NCBI GenBank assembly: GCA_951406725.2
Contig: OX597823.1
Location: 74,648,001-74,712,000 of the forward strand
Direction: 5' to 3'
Length of the DNA stretch: 64,000 bases
From: Octopus vulgaris
Taxonomy: Eukaryota
Shown one piece after another: positions 1 through 13,981 of this stretch (positions are counted from its first letter, which is position 1; every line of letters begins with the position of its first letter). Both the position numbers and the translations under genes were made by a program. Under the pieces are notes generated by a model that did no database searches, had not been told where the DNA came from, and worked only from the letters and a program-made list of their open reading frames with translations.

Positions 1-77
1 GTATTTAATGTATATATAATATATTTGAGGTAGACCGTTATTCCTATCATCTCAACACATTTAGCATAGACGCATAG

Positions 78-210
78 ACGTATGCAAGACTGTGTAGTAA
101 AATGTTTGCTTTGGAACCACGTGATTCCGAGATGGGACTCACTGCCCGTCATCTTGGGAGTGTCATCTACCATATACACGAAGTGAGCAAAGCCTTGTTA
201 GTGGATTTAG
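78..210 (+). mobile_element. Degenerate 5' part of tRNA-derived SINE family A
   Basis: Diverged match (ctgtgtagtaa...gaaccacgtgattccg...cttggg...caaagccttgttagtggattt) to better copies at 43086 and 59578. Confidence 0.55.
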
Positions 211-220
211 TAATGCTATC

Positions 221-298
<78 letters not shown>

Positions 299-1223
299 CT
301 ATCTCTCTCTCTATATATACATATATAGTGGATTTAGTAATGCTATCGTGTATATATATATGTATGTGGGTGTATGTGTGTATGTATGTATGCGTGTATA
401 CATGTATGCATATATGCATATATATACAGACATATTCGCACATAAAATATATGTGTTAGAGGTTATGCATCCGTCTAAGGGATAAATGTATTCGTAGGGA
501 CTACTGATGCATTACTTTACTATGAATAGGCATTGCTGTAAGGTTAACAGTAGTTTAATATGTTAAATTAGTTTAATATGTTCAGATAAGATAAAAGGAA
601 GAATGGAGCAATATGTAACATTTATATGTTGGTCATTAGCATTGAATGATAATAGTTTAATTATGGTTAAGATAGCATTTACAGCTGTTTCAGTTTGCTA
701 TTTTTTAGGTTATCATGTGTTTATCTCCTTCTATGTAACAAACGCCATAAGAATGATTTGAACTTTAACAGAAAACTATTAACAGGAGATCAAAGCTTGA
801 CAGGAGAAAAACGACAAAAAGAAAAGGGAAAGAAAAGGGAAAAGAGGAAAAAGGAAAAATATTCCTTAGGTATTTAGATATTTTTCTGTCCTTAAAAGAC
901 GGTATGTGTGTTTACCGCTGCTTTTAGCCGAAAATGTTTAAACCTGGTTGTAGTATCCAGTATCATTAATCGTAAGAAATACCGCTATATGTGTCCGCTA
1001 GATAAGTCCCTATGATTACAAATAATGCCCAAGTTAAAAATCAAGGACGCCCTCAAAATTTTAAGTGCGATATACGGCATATAGAAATTGATTCTTCGAA
1101 TGATTATTATTTTTATATATTCATAGGGAAATGAAAGGAATCACTTAAATTAAATATGATTAAAAAACCTTGGATACCTAGGGAATAATGCCTGAAACGG
1201 AAGTATTTTCATCCCCAAAAATG

Positions 1224-1261
<38 letters not shown>

Positions 1262-1616
1262 GCGTGTCTCTATTTATTAATATTAAGCATGGTGTTACTT
1301 AGTTACACCTGTTCGTGATTTCAGTTTCACTTTAGAATATAATTGTTGATTATTTCGATGATCGCTTGATAGTCACCGCTCAAACACACACAAACATGTA
1401 TACACATATACACATAATATATATACATGCATATGTACGGACACATTTTTATATTTAAGACACTCACTCGAAATCACGTACATGTTCGGACACCAACATT
1501 ACCATATAAAGATACATTGAAAATATTTGGTGTTCAAACACACTGCGTCAGAGATATTTTTAATTTTGATAAACAAAATTTGTAAAATACCTTATAGTGA
1601 TTTAAATTGGACGTAC

Positions 1617-1649
<33 letters not shown>

Positions 1650-1782
1650 CTTTTGCAAACACCTTGCACATGCAAGCGCTCCCAGTCAAAAACTCCGCAT
1701 ACCGGAAGCCAGCAAGTGTATACGGTCATCAGGAGAGAATGCGCGCCATTTCGGGGCCTACCTCTCGATGGCATCAGTGTGC

Positions 1783-2286
1783 CTTATTTCCATTATTATT
1801 TTTGTATTGGTAGAAAACATAATGGAGTTTATGACGTATGTCTGCTTAGAAAGAGACCATATATTTTCCTTTTATATGCATTTTATTCATTTCTCCGAGT
1901 TCCTGCATGCGTTTATCTCTTTCGTTTATTCGTGTTCGTTTTTTAAAGCTATTTTCCAACAATACAGTCGTCAATGAACTGTTTAGAGGATTTCATTCCA
2001 ATAACATTATATAATTCTTTCTCTCACTGCATGCTCTTTGTGTTCTATTCATCACTACTTCCACACCTCCAGCAATGAGGAGCATCCATAACTGCCTTAC
2101 ATGTAATATATCATTTTAAGAGTTTTAACAATGGTTCACGCCACAGCATGGCCACAGCTCATGAGCTGAAACTGAAAAAATCAAAATCAAAATCAAAAAA
2201 TCATATGACTCGCTTCTCATTCGTGTACCTATGTTTGTGTGACTGTGACTATGCACACAACACACACACTTACAAACACACATGTA

Positions 2287-2331
<45 letters not shown>

Positions 2332-3039
2332 CTTTATTACTCACAAGGCGTTAAACATAGAGGGGACAAACAAGGACAGACAAAGGTGTTAAGTCGATTA
2401 CATTGACCCCAGTGCGTAATTGGTACTTAATTTATCAACCCCGAAAGGATGAAAAGCAAATCGACCTTGGCCGAATTTGAACTCAGAACGTAACGTCAGA
2501 CGAAATACCGCTAAGCATTTCGCCCGGCGTGCTAACGTTTCTGCCAGCTCGCCGCCTTTATATGTCTATATATATATACACATACATACTCGCACGTACA
2601 CACATACACACACATATATGCATGCATATATTTTTGTTGCAGTGTTTCTTTTGCTGAAAGCAGTTCGCCTCTTGGTGAGAATCTATGTTTGCACTTCATC
2701 TTTCTACCATTTCTGGTTTTTACGTTGTTTCCACAGATTAAATCATTCAATACTGATATTTCACCCCTCGTTTTTCAATCTCTTCTTCAATTTTACTTTT
2801 CCAATTGAGAATCCTTCTCAGGTTTGTATTTCATTGTTTTTTGTTTTTCAGAGGAATACTGTTGGTTTCAATTGTCTTAACAATTGCGTACATAATTTCA
2901 TTTAATTCAGTGAGATCTGGTTTAATTCTTGTATAAATTCCTTTGTTCCATAGTTTCCCATTTTAATTTGTTTTCTATTTTGGATTGTATTTTAGTGCTT
3001 ATGAAGTGGTTCTCTATCATGCATATCAAGACAAACAGC
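1783..3039. repeat. Left arm of a ~1 kb inverted duplication (partner 4410-5375)
   Basis: Reverse complement of 4410-5375 along its length, from cttatttccattattatttttgtattggtagaaaac to tctctatcatgcatatcaagacaaacagc. It carries two extra insertions (about 2139-2200 and 2330-2558). Confidence 0.92.
2330..2558 (-). mobile_element. tRNA-derived SINE family B
   Basis: Minus strand reads aaggcggcgagctggcagaaacgttagcacgccgggcgaaatgcttagcgg...gagttcaaattc (A- and B-box-like), then catcctttcggggttgataaattaagtacc. At least 7 other copies occur in the window. Confidence 0.85.
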
Positions 3040-4159
3040 CTATATAAGGCAGGCACTGCTTGCTAGATGAAATGATTATCAAATACAGCTGAATATACTT
3101 CTAGCCATGGAGTTACAACCTGAACATTATAAATCACCAGCCGTTTATCTCTTATTTAGGGAACTCATCATCATCTCCTTATTCGTATATATTTGAAACC
3201 TCTTTCTTCTTGTAGGGTTCTATCTATGAAACATATTGATCTTTTCCACAGATATTTTCTAAAGGTAACATTTTATTTGTTGCAGAAGAAGCTAATGATA
3301 TTTCATTAACCAATTCACTATACGGAGGATATTATATATTGTGTTATTACCAGCACTATTATTTTGTCATTTAACGTTGAATTAAAACCATTTGATGGTG
3401 CTATGTATTTTTAATCAGAAAGAAATACTATCTTGGTACATTCGATTCACTTCTATCTCTATAAAATGCATATATCATAATAAAGCTATAATGATATCAT
3501 TTATTATATTCCTACCATTAGTTAAGTGTTATTTATTAGGCTTTACAGAAAACCATTCATATTGTGACTGAATTAAAACAAACGTTTCCTATTACAAGCA
3601 AACCAAAGTTTGATACTGTTTATAACTAAGAGAAATTATCCATTTGTTAAATATGAATAGGAACCAAATATTACATATCTCCTAATCAAGGATGATTTAT
3701 GAATCCATTTATTAGACATTACTAACTGCATTGTATTTAAGATTGTTTCCAAACGGTAAGTTCAACTTGTATATGTTATAAGGATGATAACTTACAAGGG
3801 TGGTCAATTAATGATATATAAGAAAGTGATAAATGAAATATAGTGAAACAAATAAGGTATTATCATCACATGCCACATTACAATAGCATGGTAAAAGCAA
3901 TATTTTGATTGGTAGCTAAGTTGTTGAATGTCTGAAATATCAATGGAAAATTAATACTTGAAGAAAGATTTCACTTTAAAATATTACAAAGAAATGAGTT
4001 AAAGTCATAGAACTTGCGAAAAACGATCAGATGCTGTTAATATATAACCGGATACTAAGAAATAGCTATGCGGGTCGAGCATATTAGCTTGTTCTTACAA
4101 GTTAATATGCGGGTCGTGCATATTAACTTGCTCAATACTACAGATTTCTATATCAGTTG

Positions 4160-4800
4160 TTTGACCTTAATCATTTCAGTATGTCCGTTGGTGGCTGACA
4201 ATATACGCATCTCTTGTCATGAGCAGGAGGAGTGCAGGAGCATCATAGCTATGTATTGAGAGGAATGTTTGGAGTCTGAATAATTCAACTCTGAAAACAT
4301 GGCCGCTTCGTTCAACATTCTGAAACAACCTTTATTCAAGGACCAATTGAGTGGGATGGGTTACTCTTCCGGAAGAAAATTCTATCCGGGCACACCTACA
4401 CGGTTATGCGCTGTTTATCTTGATATGCATGATAGAGAACCACTTCATAAGCTCTAAAATACAATCCAAAATAGAAAACAAATTAAAATTGGAAACTATG
4501 GAACAAAGGAATTTATACAAGAACTAAAACCAGATCTCACTGAATTAAATTAAATTATGTACGCATCTTCTAAGACAATTGAAACCAACAGTATTCCTCT
4601 GAAAAAAACAAAAACAAAGAAATACAAACCTGAGAAGAATTCCAAATTGGAAAAGTAAAATTGAAGAAGAGATTGAAATAATGAGAGGGGAAATATCAAT
4701 ATTGAATGATTTAATCTGTGGAAACAAGGTAAAAACCTGAAAAGGAAGAAAAATGAAGTGCAAACATAGATTCTCACCAAGAGGCGAACGGCTTTCAACA
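4160..4800 (+). mobile_element. Probable 5' region and N-terminal fragment of an R4/Dong-type non-LTR retrotransposon
   Basis: Translation near 4630-4715 gives RRIPNWKSKIEEEIEIMRGEISILNDL, resembling the P-W-x-x-R/K-x-E N-terminal block of R4/Dong ORFs. The upstream 4160-4345 recurs inverted at about 60580-60762. Confidence 0.5.
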
Positions 4801-5375
4801 AAAGAAACACTGCAACAAAAATATATGTATGGATATATGTGTGTGTATGTGTGTATGTGCGTGTATGTATGTAAATATATATATGGAGAGAGAGAGAGAG
4901 AGAGATACATATACATATACATATATATACATGTGTGTTTGTGTGTGTGTAAGTGTGTGTGTTGTGTGCATAGTCACAGCAACACAAACATAGGTACACG
5001 AATGAGAAGCGAGTCATAAGTGAACCATTGTTAAAACTCTTAAAATGATATATCACATGTAAGGCAGTTATGGATGCTCCTCATTGCTGAAGGTTTGGAA
5101 GTAGTGATGGATAGAACCCAAAGAGCATGCAGTGAGAGAAAGAATTATATAATGTTATTGGAATGAAATCCTCTAAACAGTTCATTGACGACTGTGTTGA
5201 TGGAAAATAGCTAAAAAAACGAAAACGAATAAACGAAAGAGATAAACGCATCCAGGAACCCGGAGAAATGAATAAAATGCATATAAACGGAAAACATATG
5301 GTCTCTTTCTAAGCAGAAATACATCATAAACTCCATTATGTTTTCTACCAGTACGAAAATAATGATGGAAATAAG
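4410..5375. repeat. Right arm of the inverted duplication (partner 1783-3039)
   Basis: Reverse-complement similarity to 1783-3039. The ORF track shows near-identical spurious peptides on opposite strands. Confidence 0.92.
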
Positions 5376-6039
5376 CATCACCTTCATAGTGCTTCTGTTA
5401 TTGCATCGATTAATGCAATCATAGACATCATTATTATTGCAATCAATTCTACAATTACAAACAATTCTGCCGCTATTATTAAAATTCGAACCCATAAAAA
5501 CGCAGCACCTGTTTTTCGCTACTTGTTAGCATCAACTCGCAAACCTGTTTCAGTTTAAATCTATCACGTAAAAACATAGAGAAAGGAAATGTATTAGACT
5601 ATTAAATAATGACTCTCAGATACAAAATTATAGGAATATGTGTGTTTGCGTGTGCTTCTGTGTGTAATTATGTGAGTCCAATAAAATTAGGAAATGCATA
5701 AATTTCACAGATATATTATAATTTGATTACGTTCAGTGGCTGCTTCATTAGGAATAAACGTCACTGTTTGTATAATTAAATTTTTAAGATATATAATTTA
5801 TTAATTTGAATTTAAATTTGTTTAATATAATGTTATTCCAAAGTAATCAGGAATATCATGTGCAAAGGTAGTCACCAATATTTGCAATTATATCGTTTAC
5901 ATCTCCAGTGTCTATTAGTGTAAAATTATCTGGTACTTTATAATAAAATACTCATCAGGTTTTGGTAAATAGTAATTCCATGTGACAGACAGAAAATTGG
6001 CAGCAATATTATAAGAAAGAAAATTGTTTTCGGAGACGA

Positions 6040-6220
6040 CCAACTTGCAGAATCGTTAGCACATCGGGAAAAATGCTCAACTATATTTCGTCCTTCCTTA
6101 CGTACTGAATACAATTTCTCTCAGAGACGATAAATTAAGTACCAACTGAGAACAAAGGTCGATGTAATCGACAAAGCCCTTTCCCCCAAATTTCAGGCTT
6201 TGTGTCTCTAGTAGAAAAGA
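6040..6220 (+). mobile_element. Degenerate SINE family B
   Basis: gcagaatcgttagcacatcgggaaaaatgctc...gataaattaagtacc...gtcgatgtaatcgac. Confidence 0.7.
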
Positions 6221-6693
6221 ACATATTTGAAAACTTTTTTTATTACTTTGATAATTCTTTCATTTATATTACTCCATAATTATTAAAGCAATAATCTATG
6301 TTTTGTTGATAATTTTCATAGCATGTACTTATACTACAACGTTATTATTTTTATTATTCGTATTATACACATACACACACACACACACACAAGTGTGTAT
6401 TTCTTAAATTACGTAGGAGTGTAAGTTGCAATACTAATGTATAGTTGCACTGTACAATTTATCGCATACGTACTAGTGCATGCATGTAGAATATGTTATG
6501 CTCTAAGATATATTAATTTTACATATGGGCTGCGAAACGTCCGTCTTTCTATGGATAACAACTGGATCACTAAAGGTATTGGTCTCATACCTCCTGGCCT
6601 TATTTATATATTGCATATGAGTACGCGCGAGCGTTTGTGTACGTGTGCGTATGTGAGTCCGATTGTGCATACAAATACGTACTTATATATATA

Positions 6694-6734
<41 letters not shown>

Positions 6735-7411
6735 GTACATATAAGTACATATATATGTGTATATACATATACACATAAATGTTTGGCTGTCAATCTTCAT
6801 ATGTGAGAGCTGCACGTAAGTGTTAATTAATCACTCACCATTTAGCCTTTAATTGCCGAATAGTATTATATCATTAGGAACGCAATGTTCGTGATCCTGG
6901 CGTTAATAATGAAGATGCCCAAATTATCCCAGCAACAGGATTGCTTTAATTTCCGACAAAAGAACTCCTCCATCTTTAAATATCTGTTATTGTTTGGGTC
7001 ATTGCTGAGGTTTAGACGCAGGCATTGGTATTTGATTAAGACGCTTACTTTGCATTCTCTTGCTTAGAGTTCAATCGAAATATGTGAAACAGTGTGTGTT
7101 TAACTATAGCTACAGCTTGTGTTACGGCTTGTGAGATGACTGGGGGTCCTGGGTTTAAGAAGCATATTCGGCCATAGACATGACAAACAGAGGAGTGGCT
7201 GATTGTAATCCCATTACAATTCGGGCAGCAGTTTTGGTTTTGGTGTGTATGTTTGTGCGTTTATGTTTTTTTCTATATATATGTACGTGTGTGTGCGAGG
7301 GGCAGCATGTGTGTGCGTGGGATGGTTGTACGAATATATAAGTATTTGTTGGGAAAATAGCCAAACTATAGATATATTACTGATACCTATATATACATAC
7401 ACGCTTCCACA

Positions 7412-7412
7412 G

Positions 7413-7506
<94 letters not shown>

Positions 7507-7615
7507 CAGTCTATCTACCTATCTATCTATCAGTATGTCTGTTTGCCTATCTATTTGCCTATCTACCCGTCTATCTGTATATATGTCTGTTTGTTTTTCT
7601 GTCTGTCTGTCTGTA

Positions 7616-7681
<66 letters not shown>

Positions 7682-7736
7682 CATAAATATATATATATAT
7701 ATATATATGTACATAAATATATATATATATATATAC

Positions 7737-7790
<54 letters not shown>
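7412..7790. repeat. Compound microsatellite (ATCT)n-(CT)n-(TA)n
   Basis: Seen directly. It is representative of dozens of (TA)n/(CA)n arrays in the window that are not listed individually. Confidence 0.95.
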
Positions 7791-8162
7791 GTTTTCAGTC
7801 GTCATGTCGCGTAGTGCAGGGAGTGGTGGTGTTATTTTTCTATTCGAGTATTCAGTTTAGGTTCACTACGAACACCTTACCACTTTCCCATTAATTTTCT
7901 CTCTCGTTTATAGTATGTGTAAGTTTGATCTATTTATATATTGATATCTCTATGTTTATCCTTAAATATTAGTCGTCTGAAAATCTCCAGTCTTTGATTT
8001 ATATGAATTGACTATATAACGATATATATTGTATAACAAACACAAGCTTTTGCATATAATTTGTTTATCCACGTAATTGCCTCTCCCAACCACTATTTGC
8101 CGGCCCGTCCGTTTCTTTCTTTCTTTCTCTCTTTCACTCTGTATACATACATACATACATAC

Positions 8163-8230
<68 letters not shown>

Positions 8231-9681
8231 TATAGACATAGATATATATATAAGGGAGGAAAGTACTCACATTTAGTTGAAGTGAAATGCATTTAACTGC
8301 TGTTTACCTATGTCCAACTTCAATCAATATATGCGTAGCTGACTGTTTGTCGTGGGAGTGTAATTCAATGAAATTCCTAACTTGAATGAATAAAACAAAA
8401 CAGAAAAAGATACAACTGTACTTGTTCATTTCTAATGATGACTAGGAAATTGAGCTTTGTTTGTGTCTATTTTGGGACGTTTCTTTTTGCCTCTGTTTAT
8501 CATATGTGAGTTTTATCATATGTGAGTTTTAGTTAATATATATTTGGGTCCCTTGATTAACAATCTTTTAGTTTGTTTATGACGTGTTTATATCTATTTA
8601 GTAGATTAGATTTGCGTTTGTTGATGTGTGTCCTTTTATGTTTATTGTCTTTGGGTGTACGTGTGCAATTTGCAAATTTATCTTTATGTTGTATATCCCT
8701 GCCCGTGCTTTACTAAACTGAACGTTTGGAATAGGAGAATCTTCATCTGGAAATAGTTACGAATGAATGGTCTAAAATATGAAGATAATTCATGAGGATA
8801 CTCATAACTGAGTGTTCATTAATATTATGACGTTTGAATGCTTTGGCGTTAAGATTGAAATATTCAAATGTTTTGTTTGTGAGTTGGATGAATGAGATGA
8901 CAGCGATTTTATAATTAAACTAATCAAACTGATAAGATATGTTTTAAGCTATTATTCAACATTATTATCAGTTTGATTAGCTTAATTATAAAGTGCACAG
9001 CTATGGAAGAATATGCAAGTATCACGCATTAAATATGATGTACAGGGTCAGTGACAGTGTGATAAAATTTTCTAATTATTTTCTAAGACTTACTTGCGTA
9101 TATAAATTGCATTACATTTAGACTGTCTAATAGATTATAAATGTTTTGGGGCGTTGTGTGAAGAGAAGTTTTGTTTGTGGTGTATCGACATAAGCAGCTT
9201 GTTCTTTGCGTACGTCATTTTGTTTTGGTCAAGACTTATTGTTTTTTTGCGTTTATGCACGTCTATGTGTATTATAAATTTACTTTCCATTGGGAGGTTT
9301 TTGATCATGTAATGTGGATATCAGTATTTTGTATGTCCAAGGCAGTAAAATTGTTTTTATCTGTTTGGATGTTTGGTCTGTTTTGAAGATGAATTTATCT
9401 TGGTGTCAGAATCGTGACTCAAAACCTCTTATTCACTTGCTTTGTTGTTTGGCACGATTATGTTGTAACTTTTTTATATGGTGATATACTGAATATTATT
9501 TCTCCAATTTTTTCTTTGCCGTTATATTTTCTTCAAATCCGAGATACGTTTAGACCGAGATGTTCCCTTGTTTGGTTAAAAACAGAATGTTCACGGACGG
9601 TGTGTTTCGTGTATCGGTATTTAATGATAACATTTGTAGTACATTTGTTGTTTGGACATTGATTTATATATTTTTTACATG

Positions 9682-9877
9682 TTTTAGTCATTTGACTGTG
9701 GCCATGCTGGGGCACCGAATTTAGTCGAACAAATCGACACGAAGACTTATTCCTTGTAAACCTAGTACTTATTCTATCCATCTCTTTTGCCGAACCGCTA
9801 GGTTACGGGGACGTGAACACACCACCATCGGTTGTCAAGCGGTGTTGGGGGGGACAAACACAGACACACAAGCATAT

Positions 9878-9908
<31 letters not shown>

Positions 9909-10074
9909 CGACGGGCTTCTTTTCAGTTTCCGTCTACCAAATTCGCCCACATGCCTTTGGTTGGCCCGAGGCTATAGTAGAAGACACTTGCCCAAGGTGC
10001 CACGCAGATGGACTGAACCCGGCACCATGTGGTTCGTAAGCAAGCTACTTACCACACAGCCACTCCTACGCCTA
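9682..10074 (-). mobile_element. tRNA-derived SINE family A with a CORE-like segment and an internal microsatellite
   Basis: Minus strand: head ggcgtaggagtggctgtgtggtaagtagc...gggttcagtcc (A/B boxes), then accttgggcaagt (MIR/CORE-like), internal (TA)/(TG), and tail ggtgccccagcatggccacagtcaaatgact. Confidence 0.88.
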
Positions 10075-10749
10075 TTTCCTATGATTTATTTTTTATATGA
10101 ACATTGGTTTAGCCTTCTCATACTGTTTTGGTTTGTTGACGTTAAGTTTGAACTCTTTCGAAAGGTAATAACACATGCTTTCTCTCCTGCAATGACATAC
10201 ATTTTCATACGTGTTTGCCCGATCATTGATCCATCGTTTTTATAGCAATAAGTTCAACCGAATAATTTTTCTGCAGCTGTAGAAAACTACTGCATTGTTT
10301 CTGTAGCGCAGCTTGTCTAATTTGCTCTCTACTGGAAAATCTATTGTGTACTCTAACTTTGTTATATTTACGTTAAGAGTAGACATTTCTGTTGGAGCAG
10401 CTTTTCACGTGCAGTAATTTATTGGATATTCAGCAGGGGTTGAGGTTTATCTGTGAATGAAATGTCTTTCATTGTCGGCTGTATTGCATCGTCGATTAAT
10501 TACTAATATTCTGAGGCTTCTGCGAAAGAATTCTTATCGAGGGTGAGTGTATAACTTCTACGCTTTTAAGTGAAATTAACCAGTTAGGTGCTTTGTAAGT
10601 GTAGTAATTTTAGCTGTTCAGGTTAATCTTTGTTTGAAAACGGTTTGATGTTATTTCGTTCCCTTGTCTGAATATGTGCAGTTGAAACAGCACCTAACCT
10701 TTGCAGTACCACATAATATTTTTATGGTTTTATCTAATATTTCTTTTAG

Positions 10750-10895
10750 TTGTTTGAGTTATTTGACAGCGGCCATTCTGGAACAACACCTTTAGTCGAA
10801 CGGTCTCTTTTGCCGAACAGCTAAGTTACGGGTACATAAACACACCAGCATTAGTCAAGTGTTGGTCGAGGGAACAAATATGGACAGACAAATAC

Positions 10896-10928
<33 letters not shown>

Positions 10929-11090
10929 CATGGCGAGCTTCTTTCAGTGTCCGACTACAAAATCCACTCACAAGGCATTGGTCGGTTCGAGGCTATATTA
11001 GAAGACACTTGTCCAAGATGCTAAGCAGTGGGACTGAACCCAGAACAGTGTAGTTGGGAAGTAAGTTTCTTACTACACAGCCACTCCTGA
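10750..11090 (-). mobile_element. SINE family A (diverged, internal deletion)
   Basis: Same head, body and tail order as 9682-10074. Confidence 0.8.
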
Positions 11091-11097
11091 AAACATA

Positions 11098-11189
<92 letters not shown>

Positions 11190-12094
11190 TATACATATAT
11201 ATATATACATATATATAAATTTTAAAAATTCACCTTTTATCAATTCAACAATGAAAAAATTAAATTATTACATATAGAAAAAATTACATTCTATAGGGAA
11301 AATTAAATATATGATAAAAACATATACCACTGATTAAGTAACGTGCAAAATAATAATAATGATAATAAATAAATAAAACGTATATATTTGGTAAAGTGCG
11401 ATGTCTCGACCACCTTCTCTGCTATGTTACTAATTCGTAAAACACTATGAGAGAAGAAATTTAGCAATGTAGACATTAATATTTGCAAAAAATAAATTCA
11501 CTATTCTTCTTTTAGTACATAGTGTCAAAAGTAAATTTTGCCAGCTGAAAATATTTATTTTCTCACATAAATTACACATGAAAACTAATATTTATTTCGT
11601 CATGATGGTTACTATTGTACTCGGAAATCAGTATGATACATTCATTAATAAAACATGCCGAAGTTCAATAACTTATTTTTGTTAAGGTTATTATCAACCC
11701 ATATTCTTTTATCACAAGAGTGTATTGCGAAATTTTAAAAATCGTTGTACGAATAAAGGTGGGTAAATGCGTATTGGGTGCCCATAATTTTATGCTTCTC
11801 CGATAAGAGCAGTGTTATATGAAATTATATATTTCTGATCAATAGCAAAAAGAAGGAATAACAGTAATTTTCATAAGCGTTTAGATTGTAAGGAGTTCTG
11901 CAATCTCTTGAGGGGAGAGTTGTTATAATCGTATCGGTTGATCATGATTATAATTAAGACTGTTAGATATCACATTAAAACAAATGAAGTAATTCAATGA
12001 ATGGAGTACGTAACAATGCAATGCCATAAACCGAATTTGTGTCTAAACGTTTGTCTTAAAAGTTAAGTTTTACATGAAAATGTCTATAAGAAAC

Positions 12095-13981
12095 GGATCC
12101 AGGTCAATTCGCCGTAAGGCATTTCGCTATAGGACAATTGACCGTAGGTCTATTCACCGTAAAACAATATTTTCACCGTAAGACAATATTTTTGGGATAT
12201 TTTGCCGCAAGGACATGTGTAGTAAAGCATGAACAGAGAAAGATAAAAAAATAAAACTAAAATTAATAGAGATCATACGCTTTGTTTCAAAAGATAAGCT
12301 AACAAACTAAAAAGCTAAAAATCATTGAAATTGCATGCAAATAATGTTGTTTTTGATTTTGATTGTAAACTGACAATGCTTAGTATGTGCATATAAACAT
12401 CTTTGTAATTTTTCTTGGTTGCGGTTTCTCGCATAGTTTACCTTCTTTTTAGAAAGAGATTCTTCATTTCTCAAGACATTTTTAAGTTACCATAAATTTG
12501 ATGAGTATTTCTAACAGATGCTTGCAGCGCATCATGGAAACCATCTGCTCTATTTTTGGTGTTAGCCAGCTGATTTAGGGTTCTTTCATACACATTCCAA
12601 AGTAGAAGGTACTCTACGTCTACGAACACCCCTACCTCTCTCCCCACCAATGTAATGCTCTACAAAATATGCCACAAATTGTGACAAGTTATCGACAAGT
12701 TCTATAAATACATCGATAGTGTTTGGAGGCGGGATGAATGTAAGTGTCATAAGGCACTTTACTTTTGTGTTAAAATCAGAATCAGTTTGATATCGCACCT
12801 TTAAGCCCAAATTCTGTCAACTTTCTGTAAGCATTTAGACAGGCATAACCCCCCCCCCCCACAAAAAAAACAGCATATTATATTTGCAAGTGGAAAACTG
12901 TCAGAAAAAGTTAGAAAACTAGCTTGTTCAAAATGAATCATTATATCTTCATGTCTTTGGGACTCTAGCAAATCCTTAACCTTTTGAAAAAAACCTATTG
13001 TATGTGTCAAGAGCCTTATTCGGAAAGAGACCGTAAAATCGTGAGATATATACATGTCCTATGTTGGTATGTAAAGTATATAACTGATAATAAATTACAG
13101 GACAGACCTTAAATGCTCCATAACATGCCCAATTCTTATGTATTTCTTGATCGTGCAACCCTGCGGTCGTATCAAAAATCAACATTCTGTTTTTGTTTTC
13201 CATCTCAATATCGTTGAGTAAAATTCGTTCTCTATTCTGTAGAAACGTAAATTCTTCGGGAATTACGTAGACGATTCTTCATCTAGGTATAGAAGGGAAC
13301 TTTTCTTCTATTTGTCTCCATCTTCTAATGGTTTCTTTCGATAAAATCGAAGTTGATGGAACAAGAGAGCGTCCTTCATCCTCTAATTCTCCACATGCGG
13401 CACCAATCAAAGAGCTTCAAGCTAACTGAGATTGAAGTGCATTTTCTTTCATATGTGCTATTATTTCTTGCATTTTTGGTTGATTAGGATTCGATGCATG
13501 TATATGCTCAATTATAATTTTACAAATAGAGATCACTCCACTACTCAGCTTTACACTTTGAATCAAAACACTTTAAATAGACTTTCCCTCCGTATTTTAT
13601 TTCTTGCCTATAAAGTTAGTGTTGTCTGCGGGCTCATCACAACCTCTGCTGCTTTTAATAGAGTACTTAATATTGTAAGAGTTTAAGTTTCACCTTTTGT
13701 AGACAAATAATGTAAATGGTCGATGTAACGTCTCAAAACAAGCTTTTTGCTTTTGAATTTTCAAGATAGGCTTGCTATTTTAAAATAAATATTAAACGAC
13801 CTTTCTGTTTATAAATTATCAATTCAACAATAAATGAAATTCCTTAATCTACCTTATTTAATTAACGATGCAGTTTCAAGCTTCTAATCGTCACCGCAAA
13901 ATTTCGAATCTTCTTACGGCGGATGGTCCTACGGTCAATTGTCCTACGGCGAGTTTGTTTACGGCAAATTGTGCGGCAACC
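12095..13981 (-). mobile_element. Decayed full-length MULE (Mutator-like) DNA transposon
   Basis: About 70-bp TIRs built from ~15-bp subrepeats (ggacaattgaccgta / tacggtcaattgtcc). Candidate 9-bp TSD ataagaaac (12086-12094) / acatgaaac (13982-13990), 7/9 match. Frameshifted transposase inside. Confidence 0.85.
12480..13480 (-). pseudogene. MULE transposase pseudogene
   Basis: Peptides across frames: RMLIF..NWACYGAFKVCPVIYYQLYTLH (decayed DGTFK motif), FPNKALDTY, HFEQA..FP..IICCFF, GLKVRYQTD..LMTLTFIP. Confidence 0.8.

Noticed and set aside
102-485. Numerous YI/CV/HT/poly-I/poly-N ORFs throughout the ORF track
   Set aside because: They are translations of dinucleotide and trinucleotide microsatellites.
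8400-10745. Strand-biased region with an IGQTR peptide on the minus strand (possible old PLE/GIY-YIG)
   Set aside because: Only one short motif was recoverable, which is too little to support a call.
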